Source: Chloroflexota bacterium
GTDB taxonomy: Bacteria; Chloroflexota; Dehalococcoidia; Lucifugimonadales; JADFKI01
DNA: 64,000 nucleotides
Reading direction: 5' to 3'
Assembly (NCBI GenBank): GCA_027623195.1
Contig: JAQBUT010000004.1
Coordinates: forward strand, 64,001 to 128,000
Below the pieces are notes generated by a model. That model saw only the letters and a program-made list of their open reading frames with translations. It had not been told where the DNA came from and searched no databases. Positions 1 to 9,370 of the stretch are shown here, piece after piece (position 1 is the first letter of the stretch; the number at the start of each line of letters is the position of its first letter). Made by a program: the position numbers and the translations under genes.

Positions 1-2
1 CC

Positions 3-488
3 CCTTCCACATGGAATTTACTTAGCAATCTGCCGAAGTCGCCGCCCGCCAAGCCCGTAATGGCTGGCGTCCTCCACTTAGATGCCGACCTTCTGCAATC
101 GCTCATGGCCAGTGTTGATCTGGAGGCTGAGGGCATAGGCAACGCGTTCGGGCTAGTGAGGGTTGAGTCGATGGCATTCGCCGTATACACTGGCGACCCC
201 CTTCACATTAGCACGGCTTTCAACTACGAACAGCTGATAAATACCGGCTCCGGAATCTTACTGGTCAGCCAGTCCAGCTACCCCGGACCTATCGTGTCGT
301 TCATGCTAGGCGTTATGTCCGACCGCACCGACCTGGAGCTGATTGAGCTTGGCACCACCAACGCCCGATACCGCAGGATTGAAGACCTGCATTTGGTCAT
401 AAAAAATCGGGGTAGCCTTCTTTTCGCAGCCATAGCGACTAATAGAGCAGATGCCGAAGAGCTAATGCTAAGCGCCCTGTTCGACTAA
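3..488 (+). CDS. Hypothetical protein, probably 5'-truncated by the window edge
   Basis: The frame is open from position 3 (PSTWNLLSNLPKSPPAKPVM...) to TAA at 486-488. No family recognised. Confidence 0.6.
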   Translation, partial: PSTWNLLSNLPKSPPAKPVMAGVLHLDADLLQSLMASVDLEAEGIGNAFGLVRVESMAFAVYTGDPLHISTAFNYEQLINTGSGILLVSQSSYPGPIVSFMLGVMSDRTDLELIELGTTNARYRRIEDLHLVIKNRGSLLFAAIATNRADAEELMLSALFD

Positions 489-582
489 CACCCCTCCTGC
501 ATACAATCCTAGCCGCCCGTAGACTGGTTCAGCCCCATCATTACCTCATATAAAGCGCATTATGTGCGAAATATGACGCAAA

Positions 583-611
583 TTGACACTCATTTTAACC
601 ACAGGTACAAT
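583..611 (+). promoter_or_regulatory. Sigma70-type promoter for DUF59-mrp
   Basis: TTGACA (583-588), 17 nt, TACAAT (606-611); GGAGG SD before ATG 655. Confidence 0.7.
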
Positions 612-654
612 GAATCTACCCTATGTTGGTAACTGATAATCTGGAGGATCTTCT

Positions 655-969
655 ATGGCCGACAAAGCCGTGTTGACGCTGGATGACGTCTACGAAGCCC
701 TGCGGGACGTATACGATCCTGAAATACCCATTAACGTAGTCGACTTGGGTCTTGTTTACGACGTTAAGGTCGAGAACTCAAATGTCGATATCAAGATGAC
801 GCTGACCTTTGCAGGCTGCGGCATGGGCCCTTATATTGCCCAGCAGGCCGAGTGGAGATTGGCAGAGCTTGAGAACATAGACGACATTAACGTCGAGCTT
901 GTGTTCGACCCCCCGTGGACTCCAGACATGATCACGGAAGAGGGCAAAAAGCAGTTGGGCTTAGACTAA
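655..969 (+). CDS. sufT: DUF59/MIP18-family Fe-S cluster maturation protein (SufT/PaaD-like)
   Basis: Motifs VYDPEIPINVVDLGLVY, MTLTFAGC and VFDPPWTPDM. Confidence 0.88.
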   Translation: MADKAVLTLDDVYEALRDVYDPEIPINVVDLGLVYDVKVENSNVDIKMTLTFAGCGMGPYIAQQAEWRLAELENIDDINVELVFDPPWTPDMITEEGKKQLGLD

Positions 970-1070
970 GCCAATCAAAATTGACGATAGACCATCGAAA
1001 ATGGCCGTTCCTGCTAACATAGTCCCGTAACCTGCCCCCGAATTTAAAGAGGAGTCCAGGAGAACCCTTA

Positions 1071-1901
1071 ATGACAATAAACCCTCAGCAGGCCGCACAG
1101 GCTCGCGCACGAATCGAAGCTATGAAGCGTCAGTTCGAGCAGAAGCGGCAGGTAACGGATTCCCTATCCAACATCAAGCACAAGATCGGCGTCTACAGCG
1201 GCAAGGGTGGCGTAGGCAAGACCACTGTAGCGGTCAACATAGCCACAACCCTAGCCCATGGGGGAGCCTCCGTCGGCATCCTCGACGTTGACATAGACTG
1301 CCCCAACGTTGTTAAGGCCATGAAAGTCTCCGAGCACCCGGTGGTAGGCGAAGACAAACGTATGCTTCCTGCCGAGAAGTATGGCGTGAAGATCATGTCC
1401 ATGGGGTTCTTCCAGCAGAACGAGGACGAGGCCATTATCTGGCGCGGCCCTATGGTGCATAACGCCATCAATCAGCTTTTGCAGTCCACCGAATGGGGCA
1501 AGCTAGACTACCTAATCATCGATCTTCCTCCCGGGACATCCGATGCGCCGTTGACGGTTATGCAGGTCTTGGACCTGGATGGATTCGTAGTGGTGACTAC
1601 ACCTCAAGAGCTTGCCAAAATAGACGCAAAACGGTCCATCAACATGATCAAGAAACTGCAGGTCAGCGTCTTGGGTGTTGTGGAGAACCTGTCCGGTGAG
1701 ATTTTCGGGAGCGGCGCAGGAGAGGAATTGGCCGAAGAGATGGGTTTACGATTCCTTGGAAAGCTGGAGCTCCGGTCGGATTACCGCGATACCTCCAAGC
1801 CTACCGTGCTAACCAGCAACGTGGTGCTAGACGAGTACATGTCGCTGGTCGGCGGCATGCTTACGGCCCTGGAAGAGGCTGAGGCAGCGGAAGCAAGCTA
1901 A
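1071..1901 (+). CDS. mrp: Mrp/ApbC/NBP35 P-loop ATPase (Fe-S carrier family), lacking the C-terminal CxxC
   Basis: Motifs SGKGGVGKTT, IWRGPM, DLPPGTSD, VTTPQ and VENLS; adjacent to the DUF59 gene. Confidence 0.9.
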   Translation: MTINPQQAAQARARIEAMKRQFEQKRQVTDSLSNIKHKIGVYSGKGGVGKTTVAVNIATTLAHGGASVGILDVDIDCPNVVKAMKVSEHPVVGEDKRMLPAEKYGVKIMSMGFFQQNEDEAIIWRGPMVHNAINQLLQSTEWGKLDYLIIDLPPGTSDAPLTVMQVLDLDGFVVVTTPQELAKIDAKRSINMIKKLQVSVLGVVENLSGEIFGSGAGEELAEEMGLRFLGKLELRSDYRDTSKPTVLTSNVVLDEYMSLVGGMLTALEEAEAAEAS

Positions 1902-1941
1902 CCCTCTGTCCCACGCAGAAGCCCTCACATACGCAACAAAT

Positions 1942-1976
1942 AAAACGGCAGGCTTTGAGTCTGCCGTTTTTTCTTT
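1942..1976 (+). terminator. Intrinsic terminator
   Basis: AAAACGGCAGGC-TTTGA-GTCTGCCGTTTTTT hairpin with T tract after mrp. Confidence 0.8.
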
Positions 1977-2172
1977 ACCCAACCCAAGCCTAATTGGGAT
2001 CAACCATCTAATAACTACAGCATCCAAATCCTGCCCCGGCAAACTAAGATCGCCCTGTCCCTGCTAATGGGCGATAAGGAAACCCGGTCATATAGTCAGC
2101 GCCATCCCAACGAAAGCGTCGGCTAAGGCAAGCCATTGCGCAAGAGGGTTGGCTTCAGGACATAGAGGACAA

Positions 2173-2330
2173 ATACCAGGTCATCGTAGTTGGAGTAGAG
2201 CCCATAGGCGTGGCTTCTTATCCCGGTCCACCCAGACCAGTATGTGGTATGGTCTGGCAATCGAACACCGGATAGTGTGGGGGAACTTCTACGGAAAGTA
2301 GCTGGCCGTTTGAAATACTGGACCTGGTGT
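2173..2330 (+). ncRNA. Candidate structured non-coding RNA, family not identified
   Basis: Nested complementary segments: ATACCAGGTC/GACCTGGTGT, CCCATA/TGTGGG, TATCCCGGT/ACCGGATA, CCAGACCA/TGGTCTGG. G-U pairs favour the + strand. No credible ORF. Confidence 0.4.
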
Positions 2331-2725
2331 TACTGAACCGTAGGTACTGAGCGCCTCAGCACGGCGTTTACCCTGGCGATGAGTTCTTTGATACCGAAAG
2401 GCTTAACCAGATAGTCATCAGCGCCAGCCTCAAGAAGGCCACGTATGATGTTTTCAGTGGTTCCCTGCCCCGTGACGATTATCACCGGACACTCGGATAT
2501 CTTCCGAACGCGCTCGAGGGCCTCCCAGCCATCCATCTTCGGCATGAGAAGGTCCAGCAACACAAGATCAGGGTTGATCTCGTCGAACGCCTCAATGCCT
2601 TCCGCGCCGTTAGCCGCGATAGACGTTGCATAACCCTCAGACGCCAGCGCCTCGCTGAAAAGATCTCTCAACGAGTTGTCGTCTTCGACTATGAGTATGT
2701 GCGGGCTTGTTCCGTTATTATTCAT
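2330..2725 (-). CDS. Stand-alone response regulator receiver (OmpR-type receiver, no output domain)
   Basis: ILIVEDD, DLVLLDLLMPKMDG, GADDYLVKPF; the protein ends just after ELIARVNAVLRR. Confidence 0.9.
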   Translation of the reverse strand: MNNNGTSPHILIVEDDNSLRDLFSEALASEGYATSIAANGAEGIEAFDEINPDLVLLDLLMPKMDGWEALERVRKISECPVIIVTGQGTTENIIRGLLEAGADDYLVKPFGIKELIARVNAVLRRSVPTVQ

Positions 2726-2922
2726 ATGCTCGCTCTACAGATAAACGTCTACTAACCTAAACTAACCATATTTCGGGGCAAATTCTTGGTCAATGCCTAA
2801 ATCGAAAGCATATCTATAAGAACCTGCCTCCTGTCGGCATTTGACCGGCCAGTGCGGTGCAAATACAATTCATTCCACGAATACCAGGAATTCCAAGCCA
2901 CAGGAATCCAAAGGAGAAAAAC

Positions 2923-3243
2923 TTGATATACAGACTCTACACAGGTGAAGATGGACAGTCCCACATGGAAGAAAACTACCAACCTCCGCAACAAGTAGAG
3001 AAAGGGCCAGGAATGACGTGGCGCAGACATGAGTCCGGCGACTTCATCGACTGGCATATTGCGCCCAGAAAGCAGTACCTCATAACCCTATCAGGGCAGG
3101 TCGAAATCGGTCTGGGCGATGGCACTGTCTTTACGCTGGGGGCAGGAGACGCCATGCTGGCTGAGGACCTGACGGGCCAGGGGCACACCACAAAAGCGGT
3201 TGGTCCGGAGCCACGAATATCAGTTGCCATACCTGTGGAATAG
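2923..3243 (+). CDS. Small cupin-fold protein
   Basis: RLYTGEDGQSH...WHIAPRKQYLITLSG...AEDLTGQGH. AAGGAGA SD favours TTG 2923 over the ORF-track start 2857. Confidence 0.75.
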   Translation: MIYRLYTGEDGQSHMEENYQPPQQVEKGPGMTWRRHESGDFIDWHIAPRKQYLITLSGQVEIGLGDGTVFTLGAGDAMLAEDLTGQGHTTKAVGPEPRISVAIPVE

Positions 3244-3288
3244 ATATCCTTCGAGCCCTACATTAAGCCATTAAGAGACCTTCGCCGT

Positions 3289-3329
3289 TTGACGGCTTGT
3301 GACCGCTGAATTATACTTTCGGTGGTCAC
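3289..3329 (+). promoter_or_regulatory. Promoter with inverted repeat (possible operator) centred on the -10
   Basis: TTGACG, 17 nt, TATACT; GTGACCGCTGAA...TTCGGTGGTCAC (10/12 inverted repeat) flanks the -10. Confidence 0.6.
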
Positions 3330-3400
3330 GGCGTTTCGTCAAAACCGGTGCCAACAATCGGCGAAACCCATGCCAATCAAAACCAGGAGATGCTTAATCA

Positions 3401-4159
3401 GTGACCTACGAAAACATTGTGCTAACCCGGGACGAGGGCGTCGGAATTATCCGGCTAAACCGTCCCAAAGTGCTTAACGCACTGAGCAAAAGTCTCTACC
3501 GCGAAGTGGACACAGCCATAGGTGAGTTTGAGGCCGACGACGAAATCAAGGCCGTAGTCTTCACGGGAACCGGCGAACGTGCATTCTCTGCCGGCGCAGA
3601 CATTCATGAACAGGTCCGTGACGCGGAGAACCCGCCGCCCCCGGATCCCCGGCGGTCGGAGCAGCAGTGGAATATTGCTGCCTGCAAAAAGCCCACTGTC
3701 GCTGCTCTTAACGGTCTTTGCTACGGCGGCGGCGCTGTGATGGCGTCCAGCTTCGATATTCGTGTCGGCTGCGAACGAACCAGCTTCAAGTTCCTGGCAG
3801 CCTCCTACGGGAGAGTTAACTCCACATGGAGCCTGCCTATGCAGGTCGGATGGCCTGCCGCAAAGGAACTGCTATTCACCGCCCGCGTAGTGGAGGCAGA
3901 AGAGGCATTTCGCATAGGCCTGTTGAACCACCTGGTTTCCGCCGACGAACTAATGCCCAAGGCCATGGAGATAGCCAGGCAGATAGTAGTCAACGACGCT
4001 CGCATGGTCCAGGGCATCAAGGAGCTCATGTTCGAGGATGTCGGGGCAACGTTCCGAGGCATGTACGACAACGAGGCCCGGGCTCGCGATGGCAAGCTAA
4101 GCGCAACCCCAGTCGAAGAAGGCTTCAAGGATTTCTTGGATAGGAAGGGTAGGAAGTAA
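3401..4159 (+). CDS. Enoyl-CoA hydratase/isomerase (crotonase) family protein
   Basis: LNRPKVLNAL, AFSAGAD, KPTVAALNGLCYGGG. Confidence 0.9.
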   Translation: MTYENIVLTRDEGVGIIRLNRPKVLNALSKSLYREVDTAIGEFEADDEIKAVVFTGTGERAFSAGADIHEQVRDAENPPPPDPRRSEQQWNIAACKKPTVAALNGLCYGGGAVMASSFDIRVGCERTSFKFLAASYGRVNSTWSLPMQVGWPAAKELLFTARVVEAEEAFRIGLLNHLVSADELMPKAMEIARQIVVNDARMVQGIKELMFEDVGATFRGMYDNEARARDGKLSATPVEEGFKDFLDRKGRK

Positions 4160-4163
4160 GTTT

Positions 4164-5372
4164 ATGACAACCAGCGGAAACATGAACGGCCCCTTAGAGG
4201 GCATTCGAGTTTTGGACCTGGGCAGATATCAGGCGGGGCCACGTTGTGCCCTGATGTTCGCCCGCATGGGCGCCGAGGTAATCAAAGTCGAGAACATCGG
4301 CGGCGACGAGAGTCGGCAGAACGGCCCACGCGTCCGTGGTCAGAGCGCATACTGGGTGCAGTACAACAGCGGCAAGAAGAGCCTTTCCATCAACATGCGC
4401 ACCGAAAAGGGCAAAGAGGTCCTTCGGGAACTGGTAAAGGTCTCCGATGTTCTTCTGCAGAACTTCAGGCCCGGCACCATCGACACAATGGGCTTCGGCT
4501 ATGACGTGTTGAAAGAATTGAACCCCAAGATAGTCATGATTAACGTTTCCGCCTACGGGCAGTATGGCCCTAACAGTGAAAAGGTTGGATTCGACCCTAT
4601 TGGTCAGGCCATGGGTGGCCTTATGACGCTGACCGGCTATGAAGGCCTTCCGCCTATCAAGACCTACTTCCCATTGATCGACAGAATTACCGCCCTACAC
4701 GCCTGCATAGGCGCTTTGGCGGCACTTCGTGAACGAGAAATATCCGGCCAGGGACAGTCCCTGGAGGTCTGCCTCGCCGACACAGGATTCACCGTCAACG
4801 AGATACCCATATCGGCGTTTCTGGGCGACGGCCAGATAACGAAGCGCGCACCTCAAGGCGGCGGCTCCGGTATCGTTGGCGGCATGTACGAGACGGCCGA
4901 CGGCCACATGATCCTGGCGGCTGGTAACGACGCCATGTGGCAACGGATGTGCGAAGCCTTGGAGAAGCCTCACTGGGCTGAGGACGAGCGTTTCAACACC
5001 CGCGCACAGCGACAGGCCAACGGAGAGTTATTGGAAGAGGAAATGGCAGCCTGGTTCAAGGCGCGCGAAACCAAGTACATCATCGATTACCTTTCCAGCT
5101 TCAGTATTCCATGCGCGCCCGTAAACACCACGGAACAGGCGGCAGTGGACCCCCAGCTTCACGAGCGTGGCATGATGGAAGAAGTGCCTGACCCAGTAGC
5201 AGGCACCATGTGGGTTACTGGCAAGATGATCAAGTTCGGTCGCACGCCAATGGTGGTGGGCTCGGCCCCCACTGTGGGACAGCACACCAGGGAGATTCTT
5301 CAAGAGCTGCTCACGTACTCGGAGGAAGACGTCGCCAAGATGGTGAACGATAAGGTAGTCGCAACCGACTAA
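4164..5372 (+). CDS. Class III CoA-transferase (CaiB/BaiF)
   Basis: PLEGIRVLDL, GAEVIKVE, NSGKKS, QNFRPG, and GFDPIGQA containing the catalytic Asp. Confidence 0.92.
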   Translation: MTTSGNMNGPLEGIRVLDLGRYQAGPRCALMFARMGAEVIKVENIGGDESRQNGPRVRGQSAYWVQYNSGKKSLSINMRTEKGKEVLRELVKVSDVLLQNFRPGTIDTMGFGYDVLKELNPKIVMINVSAYGQYGPNSEKVGFDPIGQAMGGLMTLTGYEGLPPIKTYFPLIDRITALHACIGALAALREREISGQGQSLEVCLADTGFTVNEIPISAFLGDGQITKRAPQGGGSGIVGGMYETADGHMILAAGNDAMWQRMCEALEKPHWAEDERFNTRAQRQANGELLEEEMAAWFKARETKYIIDYLSSFSIPCAPVNTTEQAAVDPQLHERGMMEEVPDPVAGTMWVTGKMIKFGRTPMVVGSAPTVGQHTREILQELLTYSEEDVAKMVNDKVVATD

Positions 5373-5417
5373 CTCGAGCGAGGGGCTTTGCACAAAAGGA
5401 CATTTTAGGGCATTAGG

Positions 5418-5514
5418 TTCGACAGATCCCGACTCGGTCGAGGATACTCGATTGAATTGGCGTTTACCACGAACGTGAGAATAAAAATCCCTTTGTGGTG
5501 AGCCTGTCGAAGGA
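5418..5514. repeat. REP-like inverted pair; the left copy carries an internal insert
   Basis: TTCGACA...TTTACCACGAACG (5418-5475) faces CTTTGTGGTGAGCCTGTCGAAGG (about 5491-5513). 5418-5470 matches 28940-28992 at 44/53 nt. Confidence 0.7.
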
Positions 5515-5565
5515 TGATTTACTCGAACACCTTATTATTGTGCAGAGGGCGAAGAGGCAATCAGC

Positions 5566-6381
5566 ATGAGCGAAGACGTTTACATCGTCGAGCAGACGGG
5601 CCACGTTGCGACCTTTACGATAAACAGGCCGGACAAGCGTAACGCGCTGAATCCTGAAATTCATGCGGCGCTTGTCCGGGAAATCGACCGCATGGCGGAA
5701 GAGGCCACTGTCAGATGCCTGGTCATCAGAGGCCAGGGCGACAGAGCATTCTCCGCAGGCGACGACCTGAAGCGCGCTCCGGGCGACCCCGGTCCGCAGC
5801 TCGATCCTAGCAAACCGGATTCTATGCAATGGCCGCAGCGTGTTTCTCGTGAGGCCATCCACGACGCTCCATTTCCCGTCGTGGCCATGATCCAAGGCTA
5901 CTGTGTAGGAGGCGGCCTGGCGCTGGCCACCGAGTGCGACATTCGCATCGCGGCCAAGGGCAGCCAACTAGGCATACCGCCCTCCAGGCTGGGCATAATC
6001 TACGACTTCGAGCGCATCCAGGTATTTATCGATCTCGTAGGCCCGGCATTTACCAAAGAGCTTTTCTGCTCCGGCCGCCGAGTAAGCGCAGACCGGGCCC
6101 TGGACATGGGGCTGGTCAACGAAGTGGTCGAGCCGGACGGCTTGGAAGCTGCGGCGTATGGACTGGCGGACGAGTTCGCGGTCACCGCTCCGTTGTCGCT
6201 CAAGGGCCACAAGGCAGTGGTCAACACTCTGGTGCGGAGGCGCAACGAAGGCTCCGCATTGACAGCAACGGACATCGAAACCATGCGCGAAGCCCAGAGC
6301 ATCGCCAGGGCCAGCGAGGACGCCACCGAAGGCCGCGTGGCCTTCAGCGAGAAGCGAACCCCGGTGTTCAAGGGACGATAA
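5566..6381 (+). CDS. Crotonase family protein
   Basis: INRPDKRNAL, AFSAGDD, PVVAMIQGYCVGGG, EGRVAFSEKRTPVFKGR. Confidence 0.9.
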   Translation: MSEDVYIVEQTGHVATFTINRPDKRNALNPEIHAALVREIDRMAEEATVRCLVIRGQGDRAFSAGDDLKRAPGDPGPQLDPSKPDSMQWPQRVSREAIHDAPFPVVAMIQGYCVGGGLALATECDIRIAAKGSQLGIPPSRLGIIYDFERIQVFIDLVGPAFTKELFCSGRRVSADRALDMGLVNEVVEPDGLEAAAYGLADEFAVTAPLSLKGHKAVVNTLVRRRNEGSALTATDIETMREAQSIARASEDATEGRVAFSEKRTPVFKGR

Positions 6382-6451
6382 TGGCAGAATCGGGACCTGT
6401 CAGACCACATGCCCATAGAAGCTATCTCGATGGACTAACGGTTTACTTTAC

Positions 6452-7387
6452 ATGCAGACAATAATTAACGAGCCCGGCGACTTTTCCTACGTCATCGGGC
6501 CTTACAAGGCTCCGATTGCCACGGTACGCCCGGGTGAGACAATCATCGTCGAAACGTTGGACGCCTTCGAGAATCGCATAGATTCGCCTGACGCCGACAT
6601 CGCCAAGATCATCACCCTGCCCTACGTGAACCCGCTCACAGGGCCCATATACGTCGATGGCGCAGAGAAAGGCGACACCATCACAGTGTCCATACAGTCC
6701 ATAGAGGTGACGCGGGACTACGGGGTGAGTTGTCTTATACCCGAATTCGGAGGCCTGTGCGGCACCGGCTTCACCCGTACCCTGAACTCTCCCTTGCCTC
6801 CTCGCGTGATGCTGCACCCTATTGCCAACAACGAGGTCACGTTCTCTCAAGACCTGGATATCGCACCCATTCCCTTCGAGCCTTTTTACGGCACCATCGG
6901 CACAGCGCCCGAGGTTGAAGCAATCTCATCGCTCACGCCGGGCTTCCACGGAGGCAACATGGACGCGGCAGACGTTTGTCCCGGCAACACAGTTCATTTG
7001 CCTGTCCAAGTACCGGGTGCCCTACTGTACATTGGTGACGGCCACGCGGCCCAGGGAGACGGAGAGGTCTGCGGCGTTGCCACGGAGATACCTACACGAG
7101 GAACGGTAACGATAGGTCTTATCAAGGGACATGCCGTCGCGACCCCCAGGGTTGTGTCTGACGAGTTCCTGATGACAATCGGCAGCGCACGGCCCATGGA
7201 GGACGCTGCCAGAATCGCTTTCTACGAACTTGTGATGTGGCTTGAGACCGAGTACGGCATAGAACGGCTGACGGCTTACCAGCTCTGTTCCCAGGTCGCC
7301 AGGGTGCGGCTGGCAAACATGGTGGATATTCAGTATTCGGTGGTAGCCAAGTTTCCCAAGCGCTACCTCCCCCGAACTTACGCTTGA
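6452..7387 (+). CDS. Acetamidase/formamidase family protein
   Basis: NPLTGPIYVDGAEKGD, HGGNMD, GDGHAAQGDGEVCGVATE. Confidence 0.9.
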   Translation: MQTIINEPGDFSYVIGPYKAPIATVRPGETIIVETLDAFENRIDSPDADIAKIITLPYVNPLTGPIYVDGAEKGDTITVSIQSIEVTRDYGVSCLIPEFGGLCGTGFTRTLNSPLPPRVMLHPIANNEVTFSQDLDIAPIPFEPFYGTIGTAPEVEAISSLTPGFHGGNMDAADVCPGNTVHLPVQVPGALLYIGDGHAAQGDGEVCGVATEIPTRGTVTIGLIKGHAVATPRVVSDEFLMTIGSARPMEDAARIAFYELVMWLETEYGIERLTAYQLCSQVARVRLANMVDIQYSVVAKFPKRYLPRTYA

Positions 7388-8220
7388 CTACCAAAGAAAC
7401 GCCCTCACCGGAAGACTGCTACTTAGAAACCAACGGCGTTCGTCTCCACTATGTCGATTGGGGCAACACTCAGGCCCAGGGTATGCTTATCTTGCACGGC
7501 TTGCAGGACTGCGCCCGATCTTGGGACACCTTCGCCAACGGCATGCAGCACGACTATCACGTAATCGCATTGGACAGCCGGGGACACGGAGACAGCGCCT
7601 GGCTGGATCCAAGCCAGTACACATTCCGCGACTACGTTAGCGATATTGAGGCGTTGGTGGATGCGCTGGGCCTGCAAAAGATCATCTTGGTTGGCCATTC
7701 CGCAGGCGCGCGGTACGCATTCGTGTACGCTAGTGAGCACCCAGATGTTGTCGAATCGCTGATCGTTGTGGACATAGACCCCGACTCTGTTAACCCTGAT
7801 TCACAAGGCATGTTCGACCGCTACAACACGGAGTCTGACGAATGGGCTTCTCTGGAAGACGTGGTGGAGCGACTACGCACCCGCCAGCCACAATCGTCGG
7901 TGGAGATGCTACGCCTGCAGGCCGAGGCGATGACCAACGATTTGGGCGATGGCAAACGCGTCTGGAAAAGGGACAGGGCCATCCTGGGGGCTTACCAGCG
8001 ACCCGAATTGTGGGATGAGTGGTCCAAGGTCAAGATGCCAACGCTAATCGTCAGGGGGCGTCAGAGCAACCTGCTAAATCATGAGACCGCCGTGAAGATG
8101 CACGAAGCGCTGCCACATACGCGGCTCGCGGAGTTGGAAGGCGGAGGCCACTGGTTTTACCAGGAGTTCCCGGGGGCATTCGAGACTACGGTGCGCTGGT
8201 TTCTGGAGAGTCGGAGTTAA
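7384..8220 (+). CDS. Alpha/beta-fold hydrolase
   Basis: ILHG, DSRGHGDS, nucleophile elbow GHSAG, C-terminal GGHW. Confidence 0.88.
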   Translation: MTTKETPSPEDCYLETNGVRLHYVDWGNTQAQGMLILHGLQDCARSWDTFANGMQHDYHVIALDSRGHGDSAWLDPSQYTFRDYVSDIEALVDALGLQKIILVGHSAGARYAFVYASEHPDVVESLIVVDIDPDSVNPDSQGMFDRYNTESDEWASLEDVVERLRTRQPQSSVEMLRLQAEAMTNDLGDGKRVWKRDRAILGAYQRPELWDEWSKVKMPTLIVRGRQSNLLNHETAVKMHEALPHTRLAELEGGGHWFYQEFPGAFETTVRWFLESRS

Positions 8221-8446
8221 TCTCTCTATAGTCCGTATCGGCGATTTCTTTTGCCCTGTCGAAATCTTCCTCAGGCACAAACAGTCGATGGGGAATGAAT
8301 TGGGTTACGCCGAGGGCGCCATAGCCGCCACCCATCGGCTGGATAACAGCCGGGATTCCATACTCCTCAAGAATCTGCGCCATCATCTGCGCTTCCATCT
8401 CGTTGTTAAACGTATCCAGAGGGACTATTTTTTGTCTCTGCGGCAT
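8186..8446 (-). CDS. Small DUF2007-like (putative signal-transducing) protein
   Basis: EAQMMAQILEEYGIP...LFVPEEDFDRAKEI pattern. Confidence 0.65.
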   Translation of the reverse strand: MPQRQKIVPLDTFNNEMEAQMMAQILEEYGIPAVIQPMGGGYGALGVTQFIPHRLFVPEEDFDRAKEIADTDYREINSDSPETSAP

Positions 8447-8472
8447 TCAGACCTCACTCGCGCTGCTTCTGA

Positions 8473-9324
8473 CTAACGTCCCTTGTAGACCGGTTGTCGC
8501 TTCTCGACGAAGGCGCGGACGCCCTCCTTGTGATCGGACGTGCTTCGGGCTATGTTCTGGGCAGGGCCGGCCAGCAACAGGCTCTCCTCCAGGTTTTTGA
8601 ACAGCGAGTCCTGTATCAGCTTTTTGATAAGAGCCATCGAATAGGTCGGGCCACTGGCCAGCCGCTTCGCCAGTTCCATGGTCGTATCCATGAGTTCTGA
8701 GGGCGACACAACCTTGCTGACCATACCAAGCCGATATGCCTCCTGCGCCTCCACAGCGTCACCTGTGTACTGAAGCATGAAGGTATGGCTCAAGCCAATC
8801 ATTCTGGGAAGCTGCCAGCAAGAGCCGTCTGCGGGAATCAGCCCTCTGCGTATGAACGTCTCGGAAAACCGAGCGGACTCGGATGCGATTCGTATGTCGC
8901 ATGAGAGGGCAATGCCCATGCCCAGACCCATGGCGTACCCGTTCACTGCGGCAATGGAGGGCTTCTGCAGGTTATGGAGCTTCAGCGGCACAAACCTGAC
9001 GCCGTCCATGTAGGACTCGCCAGAAGCCATTGTGTCCCATTGCTGTTGCAGGTGGTCCCAGGGCTTCACGCCATCCGGGACCGACGTTTCGCCCCGCTCC
9101 TCGTTGGCCTCGTTCATGCGCTTGACGTTCGCGCCTGAGCAAAAAGAAGGGTCGCGTCCAGTGAGCACCAGTGCCCGCAGGTCGGCATCCGCCTCCAGCC
9201 TCTCCAACTCCTGATTAAGCTCACCGGCCATCTCATCGCCGATAGCATTGCGCGTGGGAGGGTCATCCAGCGTAACAATCAGGACGCCGTCCTCTTCAGC
9301 CACGTCTATGAACTGGTATGCCAT
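8473..9324 (-). CDS. Crotonase family protein (PaaG-like)
   Basis: SFCSGAN, KPSIAAVNGYAMGLG, RRGLIPADG, DHKEGVRAFVEKRQP. Confidence 0.9.
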   Translation of the reverse strand: MAYQFIDVAEEDGVLIVTLDDPPTRNAIGDEMAGELNQELERLEADADLRALVLTGRDPSFCSGANVKRMNEANEERGETSVPDGVKPWDHLQQQWDTMASGESYMDGVRFVPLKLHNLQKPSIAAVNGYAMGLGMGIALSCDIRIASESARFSETFIRRGLIPADGSCWQLPRMIGLSHTFMLQYTGDAVEAQEAYRLGMVSKVVSPSELMDTTMELAKRLASGPTYSMALIKKLIQDSLFKNLEESLLLAGPAQNIARSTSDHKEGVRAFVEKRQPVYKGR

Positions 9325-9370
9325 GACACTCCTTTATCCACTATCGTCGGGTCCACGAATATGGCACGTC

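Noticed and set aside
2040..2100. CATATAGTC resembling the group I intron S element
   Set aside because: No matching GACTA P7 partner, no other core elements and no interrupted host gene.
2195..2310. A true 5S rRNA gene
   Set aside because: The helix II 3' strand and linker are missing, there is an insertion in loop C, and no rRNA operon context; kept only as an ncRNA candidate.
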